Source: Thermoanaerobaculia bacterium
Lineage (GTDB): Bacteria > Acidobacteriota > Thermoanaerobaculia > Gp7-AA8
DNA length: 64,000 nt
NCBI GenBank assembly: GCA_963715895.1
Contig: OY970284.1
Span: forward strand, 5,167,600 to 5,231,599
Direction of reading: 5' to 3'
Positions 33,985 through 44,373 of the stretch are shown in pieces. The position numbers and the translations under genes were made by a program. The first letter of the stretch is position 1. Each line of letters starts with the position of its first letter. Below the pieces are notes generated by a model. It saw only the letters and a list, made by a program, of their open reading frames with translations, made no database searches and was not told the DNA's origin.

Positions 33985-35028
33985 GTGATCGTCTACAAGA
34001 AAACGCCGCATTTGCGCATCGCGCGCGCACAGGTGCCGGAGCCGCCGTACTGGGCAGCCTCAACGATTGCTCCGTACAGCCCCCGGCGTGCGGCGCCGAT
34101 CGCCGTCGACTACCTCGATCTTCGCGCTTCCTGCGCCGAGCGCTTCGAGGTCTCGGTCTGCGACAACGTCCGCGACGATCTGGATCGCAGCACGGCGCGG
34201 CATCCTCTGCACGCGCCGGCGCTGATCGATGCCGCCGAGTTCGCGGAAGTCATTTTCGGCCGCGGCGAGGAAGTGCTCCAGTTCTGCGCCGACCAGCACG
34301 TTGCGGCGATGCAGCTCGTTTCGGCGCGCGGTGCGCTGCCGGGGCAGGTTCCGGACAACACGGTCATCACCATCGCCGCCTGGCCGCTGGAGCTGGCGCG
34401 CCTCGGCGCTCTCTTCGCCGAGGCGAAAGAGCGCGGGCTGCGGTGGGGCGTGGTCATTCCGATCATCTTTCCGGTGACGACCGACCTCGCCGGCCTCGCC
34501 CAGCTCGCGGAGCTGGCCAAAACGTACGAGGCGTCGTTCTTTACCGGCGTTCCGATCGAGCTGGACGCCACGGCGCGCAACGCGCTGGCGCAATCGCTGA
34601 CCGGCGAGGTGCGCGACGATCACTTCGAGATGCTCTTCCACTCCGACCTCGGCCCCATACGGCTGGCCACCGAACGCCACATCGCCGCACTGGCCGGCGA
34701 GATCAACGCCGCCGACTTCGTCATTCCGCCGCGCTGGGACCGCCCGACCAATTGGAACGCCGCCGTTCTCCTCACGCTGACGGCCAGCCGCATCCTGGCG
34801 ATGAACCGCGACGAGGAGCTGGCCTGGCGACTGACCCGGTCGGCGAAAGTGGTGGCCTTGCTCGAAAAGCCGATCGAGCGCGTTGCGCAGGCCGCAAGTC
34901 TGTCGATCATCGACTCGCTCGACGAGATCAGCGTCGACCTGCTGACGGAGTGGCTCGAAACCGGCAGATCAAGCTTTGCCGGACACATCGAGAAGCAGTG
35001 GAGGCTCCGGAGGGATAGCGGGGGGTAA
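33985..35028 (+). CDS. Hypothetical protein
   Basis: The ORF is 347 aa with a GTG start and protein-like composition. No motif was recognised. Confidence 0.5.
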   Translation: MIVYKKTPHLRIARAQVPEPPYWAASTIAPYSPRRAAPIAVDYLDLRASCAERFEVSVCDNVRDDLDRSTARHPLHAPALIDAAEFAEVIFGRGEEVLQFCADQHVAAMQLVSARGALPGQVPDNTVITIAAWPLELARLGALFAEAKERGLRWGVVIPIIFPVTTDLAGLAQLAELAKTYEASFFTGVPIELDATARNALAQSLTGEVRDDHFEMLFHSDLGPIRLATERHIAALAGEINAADFVIPPRWDRPTNWNAAVLLTLTASRILAMNRDEELAWRLTRSAKVVALLEKPIERVAQAASLSIIDSLDEISVDLLTEWLETGRSSFAGHIEKQWRLRRDSGG

Positions 35029-35137
35029 GTCGGGCCGAAGGCAAGCGGCCCATCCGCTTGAATGCTTCCTTGAATCCTACCGGGATGAAAGCAGGATATA
35101 CCAGAAAATTCCAAAAGCGAACGGAATTGTGGAATCG

Positions 35138-35782
35138 ATGACAAGACGCCAGACAGTCGCGCTCGTCGCATCCGTCGGGCTGGTCATCCTTCTCGGCATT
35201 GCAGCCGGAGCCTGGTTCATCGCGCACCGCATGGAGCAGATAGCGGCCGCAGCCATAACTCGCAAAGAGGAGATGGCCGACCTCGGCTCACTCGTCACCC
35301 GCGTCCGTAACCTGAATCGCCTGGAGACGGCCACGATGCGCGTGGCCAGCATCAGCACGACCAGGCAGACGTACGACCTGATCCCGAACGCGCTGGCCGG
35401 CGACGAGCTGACCCTTTACTCCGCCGGCGATGTGATCGCCGGCGTCGACCTCTCACTCCTGAAGCCCGATGACGTCCACCGCGAGCCTGACGGAACCATC
35501 GTCGTCCGCCTCCCCTCACCGCAACTGCTGGTCTCGCGCCTGGACAACCGCGCCTCCCACGTCATCCAGCGCCGCACCGGCGTCTTCCGCCGCGCCGACA
35601 TCGGCATGGAAGGCCGCGCCCGCCAATACGCCGAGCAGAACATCCGCAACGAAGCGATCCGCCGCGGCATCCTGCAACTCGCGCAGAAGAACGCGGAAGG
35701 GCGGGTGGCGGAGCTGCTGCACACGCTAGGGGCGGCGAAGGTGAGGTTTGAGGGTGGGAAAGGGAATGCCGTGGCCCGCTAG
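35138..35782 (+). CDS. DUF4230-like membrane-anchored protein
   Basis: An N-terminal TM segment is present (VALVASVGLVILLGIAAGAWFI). The body resembles DUF4230 (LETATMRVASI...AGDVIAGVDLSLL...VRLPSPQLL). The ATG at 35138 is preferred. Confidence 0.6.
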   Translation: MTRRQTVALVASVGLVILLGIAAGAWFIAHRMEQIAAAAITRKEEMADLGSLVTRVRNLNRLETATMRVASISTTRQTYDLIPNALAGDELTLYSAGDVIAGVDLSLLKPDDVHREPDGTIVVRLPSPQLLVSRLDNRASHVIQRRTGVFRRADIGMEGRARQYAEQNIRNEAIRRGILQLAQKNAEGRVAELLHTLGAAKVRFEGGKGNAVAR

Positions 35783-35888
35783 ACGCCGATACGCGACGTA
35801 GTACTGAAGTGTTCATCTAATTTGTATTGACAAAATACTTCAACGGGCTCACATTGCTCGTTGAGAGCCGGGACAATGAGAATTAGCA

Positions 35889-36194
35889 ATGTTCGAAGCA
35901 AACGCGACCAAGGTAACGATGCTTTTCCCACTGCTCGGAAACGACAGCGAGCCCTTTTCGGCGGGCGTCTGGGGATGGTGGCTGGATAACATCGTCACGT
36001 TCGGTGCGTACCACGAGCTGGCGTCAAGAGGCACATGGAGAGGCATGACCGAGCAGCATCGGTGCGTCAAGATCGTTATCGTCGACGAATCCGAGATTCA
36101 GCGTCTGGAAGCTTTCCTGGCAGAGGCGCGTGAGGCGTTTGGGCAGGAAGTGATGTACTTCGAAGCCGTACGAGTTCACTTCAAGCTCATCTAG
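35889..36194 (+). CDS. Hypothetical protein (AT-richer islet)
   Basis: The ORF is 101 aa and no family was recognised. Confidence 0.35.
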   Translation: MFEANATKVTMLFPLLGNDSEPFSAGVWGWWLDNIVTFGAYHELASRGTWRGMTEQHRCVKIVIVDESEIQRLEAFLAEAREAFGQEVMYFEAVRVHFKLI

Positions 36195-36221
36195 CTCTCC
36201 GCCGCGCGGAACATAAACTGA

Positions 36222-36611
36222 ATGAGATACCTCAATCGTAATTCCGGGTTGCAGATCGACCTGTCGCACCTCGACAGCGATCGAAAGCGTTTCTACCAAT
36301 CGGCTATCGAGAAGCTCGATGAGAACGTCCCCTGGCTCGAGTTTGAAGATTTTGCGTTTTCCTTCGGCTCTCCCGTCTTCAGAGCTTCGCGGAATCGGCA
36401 GGAAGTTCTTGGCGACCCGCTCTACGTCGTGCTGAAGGACATCTGGTTGCGACTTGGCATCAGGCAAGGCCTTGTTGCACCGTCAAAGGAGCCCGTTGCC
36501 AGTGCCAAAACGACCAGCAAAGCCCGGCAGGCCAATCCGCACATCGCGGCGCATCGCGGTCACCTGGAGATTGCCGATAAACCTGCTCTTCCGCGTCGAC
36601 GCAGTCGCTGA
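36222..36611 (+). CDS. Hypothetical protein (3' end uncertain)
   Basis: The first roughly 90 aa of this 129-aa ORF look protein-like. The tail overlaps the RHH ORF out of frame and looks non-native. Confidence 0.3.
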   Translation: MRYLNRNSGLQIDLSHLDSDRKRFYQSAIEKLDENVPWLEFEDFAFSFGSPVFRASRNRQEVLGDPLYVVLKDIWLRLGIRQGLVAPSKEPVASAKTTSKARQANPHIAAHRGHLEIADKPALPRRRSR

Positions 36612-36717
36612 AGCCGAAGGCGTCACGACGACGGAGTGGGTCGAGCGAGCGATTTTGAGCACGCTTAATTCGCGCACCCTGCCTACGAGCGATCCAACAC
36701 TTTCTTCGCCACGCTGA
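36502..36717 (+). CDS. Ribbon-helix-helix (CopG-like) small DNA-binding protein candidate
   Basis: AAGGAG (36485-36490) lies upstream of the TTG at 36496 and the GTG at 36502. The segment RRIAVTWRLPINLLFRVDAVAEAEGVTTTEWVERAILSTL fits a beta-strand + helix RHH pattern. It overlaps the convergent trpE end by about 35 nt. Confidence 0.4.
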   Translation: MPKRPAKPGRPIRTSRRIAVTWRLPINLLFRVDAVAEAEGVTTTEWVERAILSTLNSRTLPTSDPTLSSPR

Positions 36718-38107
36718 TCGCCTGTTTCAGCGCGGCCGACTTGCTCATCGCCTCCTCGTATTCGCGTGCTGGATCCGAGTCGTAGACGATGCCGGCGCCG
36801 GCCTGGACGGAGGCGTGGCCTTTGGCAAGCACGATCGTGCGGATGGCGATGCAGGAGTCCATGTTGCCGCTGAAACCGAAGTAGGCCACCGCGCCGCCGT
36901 ACGGGCCGCGGCGAGTCGTTTCGTGGGCGTCGATCAACTCCATGGCCCGAATCTTCGGCGCACCGGTGAGGGTGCCGGCGGGAAAACAGGAGAGGAAGAG
37001 ATCGACGGGACTGCGGTCGCCGCGCAGCGTCCCCTGGACGTTGGTGACGAGATGCATGACGTGGCTGTAGCGCTCGATGTGGGCGAAGTCGGAGACGGAG
37101 ACCGAGCCGCTGACGCAGACGCGGCCGAGATCGTTGCGGCCGAGGTCGACCAGCATCAGGTGCTCCGCCCGCTCCTTGGGGTCGGCCAGAAGCGCGTGCT
37201 CCAGCGCGGCGTCCTCAGCCGGCGTCGCTCCGCGCGGGCGGGTGCCGGCGATCGGCCGCGTCTCCGCGCGCGTGCCGTCGACGCGTACCAGCATCTCCGG
37301 CGACGCGCCGACCAGCGTGCACTCGGGCGTGCGCAGCAGGAACATGTATGGCGACGGATTGATCGAGCGGAGCACGCGATACAGCGTCAGCGCGTCCGAC
37401 TCGCAGAATTCGGTGCTCCACCGCTGCGACAGAACGATCTGAAAGATCTCGCCGGAGACGATCTCCTCCTTCGCCGTCCGTACCACGGACTCGAAGTCCT
37501 CCCGCGGAATGTTGGGAGAGAACGTCACGTCCGCCCCCTTGTCCGGAAACGCCAGCAGCTCTACGCGCGCGGCCCGCAGCCGCTCGATGGCGCGGTCGAG
37601 GCGCGCGTTCGCTTCCGCGAGCGACGCATGCGCATCAGAGGTGAAGATGTTGGCGATGACGTAAAGGCGCTGCTTCACGTGATCGAAGACCACTACGTTG
37701 TCAAAGAAGATCAGCCGCGCGTCGGGGATGCCGGTTTCGTTCCGATACGAATCGGGGATGCGCTCGATCCAGCCGGCCACGCTGTAGCCGAAGAAGCCCA
37801 CCGCGCCGCCGAAGAACGGCGGAAGCGACTCCTCGCCGTAAACGCGCAGCGGCTGCAGCTCGTTGTTCAACACGCCGACCGGATCGGGCGTCGACTCGTC
37901 GAAGCGAAGGCTGCGCCGCGGCTCGAAGCCGACGAACGAATAGCGGCCGACGTTTTCACCTCGCTCGACGCTCTCGAACAGAAAAGCCTCGCCATCGCCG
38001 GATAGGGCGGCGAATGCCGCAACAGGGGTGATGGCGTCCGCGCTCAATTCGCGGGCGATGGGTACGATGTCGTAGTCCTTGCGAAGGTCATCCAGGTTCA
38101 TTGACAT
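36683..38107 (-). CDS. trpE: Anthranilate synthase component I (TrpE/PabB family)
   Basis: Chorismate-binding motifs are present (GTRPRG, LMLVDLGRNDLGRV, GGAVAYFGFSGNMDSCIAIRT). The start is MSMNLDD (38107) or MNLDD (38101). The latter overlaps the aroDE stop as ATGA. Confidence 0.85.
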   Translation of the reverse strand: MSMNLDDLRKDYDIVPIARELSADAITPVAAFAALSGDGEAFLFESVERGENVGRYSFVGFEPRRSLRFDESTPDPVGVLNNELQPLRVYGEESLPPFFGGAVGFFGYSVAGWIERIPDSYRNETGIPDARLIFFDNVVVFDHVKQRLYVIANIFTSDAHASLAEANARLDRAIERLRAARVELLAFPDKGADVTFSPNIPREDFESVVRTAKEEIVSGEIFQIVLSQRWSTEFCESDALTLYRVLRSINPSPYMFLLRTPECTLVGASPEMLVRVDGTRAETRPIAGTRPRGATPAEDAALEHALLADPKERAEHLMLVDLGRNDLGRVCVSGSVSVSDFAHIERYSHVMHLVTNVQGTLRGDRSPVDLFLSCFPAGTLTGAPKIRAMELIDAHETTRRGPYGGAVAYFGFSGNMDSCIAIRTIVLAKGHASVQAGAGIVYDSDPAREYEEAMSKSAALKQAISVAKKVLDRS

Positions 38108-39372
38108 GCCTCGAGAAAAAGCTCGCTCTGCCGCGCAGCTTGCGCGCGGAGGAGGTCGAGCCCGTTGAAGTCTGCGTGGGAATCGCGTCCGTATGCCGCT
38201 TCGATGATGGTAGCGGCATCCGGCAGCGGAATGGATACGTTTTGCGGCAACGTGTTGATGACGAGATCGCCGCGCCACGACGGCAGTTGATCGAGCGGCC
38301 GGGCACTCAGTTTGCCCGCGGTGCGATTGAACACGGTTGACTCGATGCCGGCGCGGCGAAGGGCCACCAGCGCCGCACGCGCCGTGCCGCCCGCGCCGAT
38401 GACCGCCGCCGTCCGTGCCGAGGTTCTGCCGATCAGCGCCGCGAAGCCGTCGACGTCGGTGTTGTCGGCGACGATCCTGCCGCCGATCCGGACGAGTGTG
38501 TTCACCGCTTCCGCGTCGCGCACGTTCCGGCGAATGTCCGCGCCGATTTCCGAGGCGAACGCAAAGGCTTCTTCCTTGAACGGAGCGGTGATCGACATAC
38601 CGGTCGGCGCGAAACGTTCACCTCGGACAAATGGTTCGGCGATGTCGCGAAAATCGTCGCTCTCGAAGATCGCGTACGCAGCCGCGACGCCGCGCTCACG
38701 GAAAATGGCGTTGTGAATGGCCGGTGAGCCGCTGTGCGCGGCCGGGTTGCCGGCGATGGTGAAAATCTTCTCCGCATGCAACGCCTTGCGATCCGGGCCA
38801 TAGATCGCCAGCCCCTGCGCCAGCGTGAGCTGCCCCGGTGCGGCGTGCCGGGCCTCGTCGACGCTGACGAACTGCAGCTCCGATCCGAAGAAGGGAGCCA
38901 GGATGCGGGCATACAACCCGCGGCCTCCCATTCCGATGACGGAGAGGTTGCTCCTTCCTTCGAGCAGCGCCAGCAGGCGGACGTTGTCAGCGAAGTTCCG
39001 CGGCGTCACTGCAAGCTTCACGTGGTCCGCGCGCATCTCCGAGACGAGGGCGTCAACGTCCGGCATCCCTTCGTAATCGTGATGCGAGAGGATCACGCGA
39101 CGCCCAACCGGTATGGGTTGACCCCACTCAGCATCGATCATGTCCGCCTCAGCATCCGCGACCGGCGCCCCGCCGCGATTCGTGGCGATGACCGGTTTTG
39201 CCGTCGCCGCCCGCACCGCCGCCCAGTCGACGGCCCGTCCGCCGAAGGCATCGACGCGCAGTTCGATGGCATCGTGATCGTCGCGCAGTGCGCCGATCAC
39301 CTCGATGGCCTTTCCCGGCGTCTCTTCGTAGATCGTTACCACCAGTTGCATCAACGTTAGCCTCATCCTCAT
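38098..39372 (-). CDS. Fused type I 3-dehydroquinate dehydratase / shikimate 5-dehydrogenase
   Basis: The N-terminal half is AroD-like (AIELRVDAF...ILSHHDYEG...VKLAV). The C-terminal half is AroE-like (GNPAAHSGSPAIHNAIF...VIGAGGTARA). Confidence 0.8.
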   Translation of the reverse strand: MRMRLTLMQLVVTIYEETPGKAIEVIGALRDDHDAIELRVDAFGGRAVDWAAVRAATAKPVIATNRGGAPVADAEADMIDAEWGQPIPVGRRVILSHHDYEGMPDVDALVSEMRADHVKLAVTPRNFADNVRLLALLEGRSNLSVIGMGGRGLYARILAPFFGSELQFVSVDEARHAAPGQLTLAQGLAIYGPDRKALHAEKIFTIAGNPAAHSGSPAIHNAIFRERGVAAAYAIFESDDFRDIAEPFVRGERFAPTGMSITAPFKEEAFAFASEIGADIRRNVRDAEAVNTLVRIGGRIVADNTDVDGFAALIGRTSARTAAVIGAGGTARAALVALRRAGIESTVFNRTAGKLSARPLDQLPSWRGDLVINTLPQNVSIPLPDAATIIEAAYGRDSHADFNGLDLLRAQAARQSELFLEACQ

Positions 39373-39670
39373 CGGGAAGAGGTGCGGATACGACCGGTCG
39401 ATATTCGCGCCCCTTCCGTTGCGGGGCGCGTCTTCACGCTACCCGCTAGCTGCGGCGAAACCACCACCAGTTGCGCGGCGCGTTCATCGTCCGAGGAGAG
39501 TAACGGCGAAGATCGGGAGTGTCAACTGGGTGAGAATGCAGGCTGAGCGCTCGATCCATTCCGGCGCAAGTCTTGCTGAATCGACGAGTGCTCTTGCGTA
39601 CCGCCGAAAAAAGGAGCATCGTTACAACCTTCCCTGGTCAGTTGTCCCAAGCAGATCGTGGAGGTGCCGC

Positions 39671-42600
39671 GTGGAACTGTCACGTAGGGGTTTCCTGAAG
39701 GCGACGACAATCGGTGGCGCAGTCGCCCTGGGGTTCGATCTCACCAAAGCCCACGCGGAGATGCGGGAGTTCAAAATCTCCCGCACGACCGAGACGCGCA
39801 GCATCTGTCCGTACTGCGCTGTTTCCTGCGGCGTGATCATCCACACGCTCGGCGACCGCTCGAAAAATGCCACCTCCTCGGTGGTGCATATCGAAGGTGA
39901 TCCCGATCATCCGGTCAGCCGCGGCAGCCTCTGTCCCAAGGGCATCACCCTCAAGGACGACATCAACAACACCAACCGCATCACCTCTCCGAAGGTGCGC
40001 CGGCCCGGCTCCGATCACTGGGAGAGCATCAGTTGGGACGACGCCATCGCCGGGATCGCCCGGCACATCAAGGACACCCGCGACCGCTGTTTCGTGGCCA
40101 AGAACGCGGCCGGACAGGTGGTGAACCGCAATCCCGGCATGGCCATGATCGGCGGCTGCACCGATACCAACGAATTCAACTTCCTGCAGTGGAAGGCCAT
40201 CACCGGCCTGGGGGTGCCGTACCGGGATACCCAGGCCAGAGTTTGACACGGCCCCACGGTGGCCAGTTTGGCCGCCACATTTGGCCGTGGAGCGATGACC
40301 AACGGATGGGTCGACATCAAGAACGCCGACGTCATCCTGGCCATGGGCGGTAACCCCGCCGAAAACCATCCTGTCGGCTTCAAGTGGTTCATGGAAGCGA
40401 GGAAGACGCGGGGCGCGAAGATCATCGCCGTCGACCCGCGCTTCACTCGGACGGCAGCGGTGGCCGACCTCCACTCACCCATCCGCTCGGGGACGGACAT
40501 CGCCTACCTGCTTGGCCTGATCCGCTATGCCATCAACACCGGCCGCTTCCATTCCGACTATGTGAAGATCCATACGAACGCGCCTTACATCGTGAACGAC
40601 AAGTACGCGTTCAATGACGGTCTGTTCTCCGGCTTCGATTCCGCCAAGCATCAGTATGTGAAAGACAGTTGGGCGTACGAGGCCGATCCGAAGACGAAGG
40701 GATATACGCTCGATCCTACGCTGCAGCATCCCCGCAGCGTGTTCCAGCTCCTGAAGCAGCACGTCGACCGCTACACGCCGGAGATGGTGGAGCGGATCTG
40801 CGGCACGCCGAAGGAGACCTTCCTGAAGGTCGCCGACATCGTCACCTCCACCGGCAACGCCCAGCGCGTCGGGACGATCACGTACGCGCTGGGATGGACG
40901 CAGCATTCGACCGGCGTCCAGATCATCCGGGCCGGAGCAATGCTGCAGCTCCTTCTCGGTAACGTCGGCAGGCCAGGCGGCGGCGTGAACGCCTTCCGCG
41001 GACACTCGAACATTCAGGGAGCGACCGATACGGCCGGAACGTTCGAGATCCTTCCCGGCTACCTGAAAACACCCGCCGCGGCCGCCCAGACGCTGGCCGA
41101 CTACTACACGGCCGCCGTACCGACCACACTCAACAAAGAGGCGTGGACCTCGATGAACTACTGGGTCAATTACCCGAAGTTCATGGTGTCTCTGCTCAAG
41201 TCCATCTATGGCAACGCCGCGACGAAGGATAACGACTACGGCTACGCCTGGCTCCCCAAGGTGGATGGCAACTATTCGTGGATGTACATCTACGACGACA
41301 TGTACCGCGGCAGCTCGATGCGGGCCGGCGGCAAGGAGCCCGGTCCTGAAGGCTTCATTACCTTCGGCATGAACCCGGTCGGACTGGGGCCCAATTCGAA
41401 GAAGATGATCGCCGCCTTATCGAAGCTGAAGTGGGCGGTGGTGATCGAGAACGTGGAGACAGAGACCGCCCGCTTCTGGAACGCGCCGTCCCAATATGGC
41501 GGCGCGCCGCCGTCCAAGATCCAGACGGAGGTCTACATGCTGCCGGCGGCCTCCTTCGCGGAAAAGGACGGCACGTTCACGAACTCCGCGCGCTGGCTGC
41601 AATGGAAGTGGAAGGCGCTCGATCCGCCCGGACAGGCCAGGAGCGATCAGGAGATCATCTCCCGCATCTTCCTGGCCGTGCAGAACCTCTATCGCAAGGA
41701 AGGTGGCGCGCTTCCCGAGCAGGTGCTGAACGTCAACTGGGCGTACAGCAACCCGACCAACCCCGATCTCTCCGAGGTGTTGAAGGAGATGAATGGGAAA
41801 GCGCTGGCCGACCTTCACGATCCGGCCGATCCGACGAAGGTCCTCAAGACCGCCGGCCAGCAGATCGACGGGTTCGGGCAGCTCATGGACGACGGCTCGA
41901 CAATGTGCGGCAACTGGCTGCACTCGGGCGTGTTCACCGAGGCCGGGAACAACGCGCAGCGCCGCAACAACGCTGATCCGACCGGGCTGGGGATGTTCCC
42001 CACCTGGGCCTTCTCCTGGCCGGCGAACCGGCGGATCATGTACAACCGGGCCTCGGCCGACGCCCAGGGAAATCCGTGGGATCCGACCCGCGTCGGCATC
42101 AAGTGGAACGGCCAGAAGTGGGTCGGCGACGTACCGGACATGAAGCCCGACGCGCCTCCCGGCACCTTCGGCGCCTTCATCATGCTGCCCGAGGGTGTGG
42201 GACGGCTTTACGCCGGCGCGTTGAATGACGGACCGTTCCCCGAACACTACGAGGCCGTTGAGGCTCCGGTCGACAATCCGCTGCATCCGAAGGTGACCTC
42301 CAATCCGACGGCCTTGAAGTTTGCCTCGGACAAAGACGTGATCGGAGACCGGAAGGACTTCCCGATCGTCTGCACGACCTACCGGCTGACCGAGCACTTC
42401 CACTACTGGACGCAGCACCAGCACAAGGGGGTGCTCAACGAGCTGGCGCCGGGATTCTTCGTCGAGATTCCGCAGGCGCTTGCCGATCAGAAGGGAATCG
42501 CGAACGGCTCCAAGGTCAAAGTCACCTCGGCTCGCGGATCGATCGAGGGGACGGCCATGGTCACCAAACGCCTCCGGCCGATGAAGGTCGACGGCAAGGA

Positions 42601-42754
42601 GCTCTGGCAGATCGGTTTCCCGATCCATTGGGGCTTCGCGGGCGATCCCGGCCATACCGGGCCGCTCGCCAACTTCCTGACCGCCTCGGTAGGCGACCCA
42701 AACACATGGACGCCCGAATACAAGGCGTTCCTCGTGAACCTCGACAAGGCGTGA
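39671..42754 (+). CDS. fdnG: Formate dehydrogenase major (alpha) subunit, Tat-exported, selenocysteine-containing (in-frame TGA at 40244..40246)
   Basis: A GTG start follows GGAGG. The Tat signal is VELSRRGFLKATTIGGAVALGFDLTKAHA. The 4Fe-4S motif CPYCAVSCG is present. Track ORFs 39419..40246 and 40259..42754 share a frame and are joined by TGA in the conserved context QARV-U-HGPTVASLAATFGRGAMTN. Confidence 0.9.
40247..40290 (+). promoter_or_regulatory. Candidate bacterial SECIS hairpin
   Basis: The stem GGUGGCC (40258-64) pairs with GGCCGCC (40270-76) around the loop AGUUU. It starts 11 nt after the UGA. An outer pairing CCACGG/CCGUGG (40254-59 with 40285-90) is also possible. Confidence 0.5.
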
Positions 42755-42764
42755 GGAGACGACG

Positions 42765-43643
42765 ATGGCCGGTCAAACGCTCGAGATCAAACGCTCCTCC
42801 GCCGCGATGTGGGGCACCCGCACCGGGATTCGCACCACCCCGACGGTGGCCAAGTACATCGATACGACCACCTGCATCGGATGCAAGGCCTGCGAGGCAG
42901 CGTGCCAGGAATGGAACGACCTCGGAACGGTGGAGACGGAGCAGACGGGGACCTATCAGACGCTGCCGACGCTCGATGCGAAGTTCTGGAACCTGATCCG
43001 CTTCAACGAGCGGGAGGTCGACGGCGGCCTGATGTGGATGATGCGCAAAGACCAGTGCATGCACTGCGCGGAGCCGGGCTGCCTGGAAGCGTGTCCGGCC
43101 CCCGGAGCGATCGTGCAGTACGGGAACGGAATCGTCGACGTCGATCCGTCGAAGTGCATCGGCTGCGGCTATTGCGCGACCGGCTGCCCGTTCGACGTGC
43201 CGAAGTTCCACGTCAAGAGCGGAAAGATGGCCAAGTGCACCCTGTGCGTCGACCGCGTCGAGGTGGGGCTGGAGCCGGCATGCGTGAAGGCATGCCCAAC
43301 AGGCTGCCTGAACTTCGGCACGAAAGACGACATGGTGGCTCTCGGGAAGGCGCGCGTGGGCCAGCTCAACAAGAGCGGCTTCAAGGATGCCATGCTCTAC
43401 GATCCGGAAGGTGTCGGCGGCACGAGCGTGGTCACGGTGCTCGGTCACGGACATCCGGAATGGTACGACCTGCCCGTCGATCCGAACGTCCCGGTGCTGG
43501 TGCGCCTGTGGAAGTCGGTCATCCGCCCGGTCGGCGTTCTAGCCGCACTGGTTACGGCGATCGGAACATTCGCTCACTACACGAAGTACGGGCCGATCGA
43601 GCCCCCGCCGCGGGATGGTGGACCGGACGATCACGCGAATTGA
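42765..43643 (+). CDS. fdnH: Formate dehydrogenase iron-sulfur (beta) subunit
   Basis: Four ferredoxin-type Cys clusters are present (CIGCKACEAAC; CMHCAEPGCLEAC; CIGCGYCATGC; CTLCVDRV...C). A C-terminal TM anchor is present. Confidence 0.9.
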   Translation: MAGQTLEIKRSSAAMWGTRTGIRTTPTVAKYIDTTTCIGCKACEAACQEWNDLGTVETEQTGTYQTLPTLDAKFWNLIRFNEREVDGGLMWMMRKDQCMHCAEPGCLEACPAPGAIVQYGNGIVDVDPSKCIGCGYCATGCPFDVPKFHVKSGKMAKCTLCVDRVEVGLEPACVKACPTGCLNFGTKDDMVALGKARVGQLNKSGFKDAMLYDPEGVGGTSVVTVLGHGHPEWYDLPVDPNVPVLVRLWKSVIRPVGVLAALVTAIGTFAHYTKYGPIEPPPRDGGPDDHAN

Positions 43644-43677
43644 TGGAATCCTGACGTTCTTACCTGCGGAGGGAAGC

Positions 43678-44373
43678 ATGACTACGATGGCGCACGGACA
43701 GACTGAGGCCGGAGTCGCAGCGGCTCGCGCTCGTGAGAATGTCGTCGCCGGCGGCGACATCGTGCGGCATCGCCGCTCGTCACGGCTCATTCACTGGTCG
43801 TTGGCCGCAACGTTCATCCTGGCGCTTTTGAGCGGTATGCCGATCTGGACTCCGCTCTTCGGCTGGATGGCCGGTCTGCTCGGCGGATTGGAAGTCTGCC
43901 GTTGGCTGCATCCCTACGTCGGATCGCTCTTCTTCATCCTCTCGGTCGTGCAGTTCTTTCACTGGTTGGGCGACATGCACCTCACGTCTGCCGATCGGAA
44001 ATGGTTTGGCGGGAAAACGATCAGGTACATGAAACATGAAGAGATCGGGACCGACCCCGGCAAGTACAACGGCGGCCAGAAGCTCTTCTTCTGGGCGGCC
44101 ACTCTCGGCGCGATCGGTCTGCTGCTATCGGGATTGATCATGTGGTTTCCGCTGTATTTCCCGCAGATGGTCAGAGAGTTGGCGATTCTTCTTCACGACA
44201 TCACCTTCATCTGCTTCCTCCTCGCCATCATCGGTCATATCTACCTCGGCACGGCCGCAGAGCCGGGGACGTTCCGGGCCATGACCCGCGGCACGGTCAC
44301 CCGTGCCTGGGCGCGCCTGCATCATCCCGGCTGGTTCGAGGAAGTGACGGGGGATGAGGCGCGAAAGCGCTGA
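43678..44373 (+). CDS. fdnI: Formate dehydrogenase cytochrome b556 (gamma) subunit
   Basis: It is a four-TM protein with conserved His (RLIHWSLA, WLHPY, HDITF, IGHIY). The ATG at 43678 follows an RBS. Confidence 0.8.
   Translation: MTTMAHGQTEAGVAAARARENVVAGGDIVRHRRSSRLIHWSLAATFILALLSGMPIWTPLFGWMAGLLGGLEVCRWLHPYVGSLFFILSVVQFFHWLGDMHLTSADRKWFGGKTIRYMKHEEIGTDPGKYNGGQKLFFWAATLGAIGLLLSGLIMWFPLYFPQMVRELAILLHDITFICFLLAIIGHIYLGTAAEPGTFRAMTRGTVTRAWARLHHPGWFEEVTGDEARKR

Noticed and set aside
39419-40246. Separate 275-aa ORF upstream of the formate dehydrogenase gene
   Set aside because: It is the N-terminal part of fdnG ending at an in-frame selenocysteine UGA. The first roughly 84 codons upstream of the GTG at 39671 are non-coding leader.
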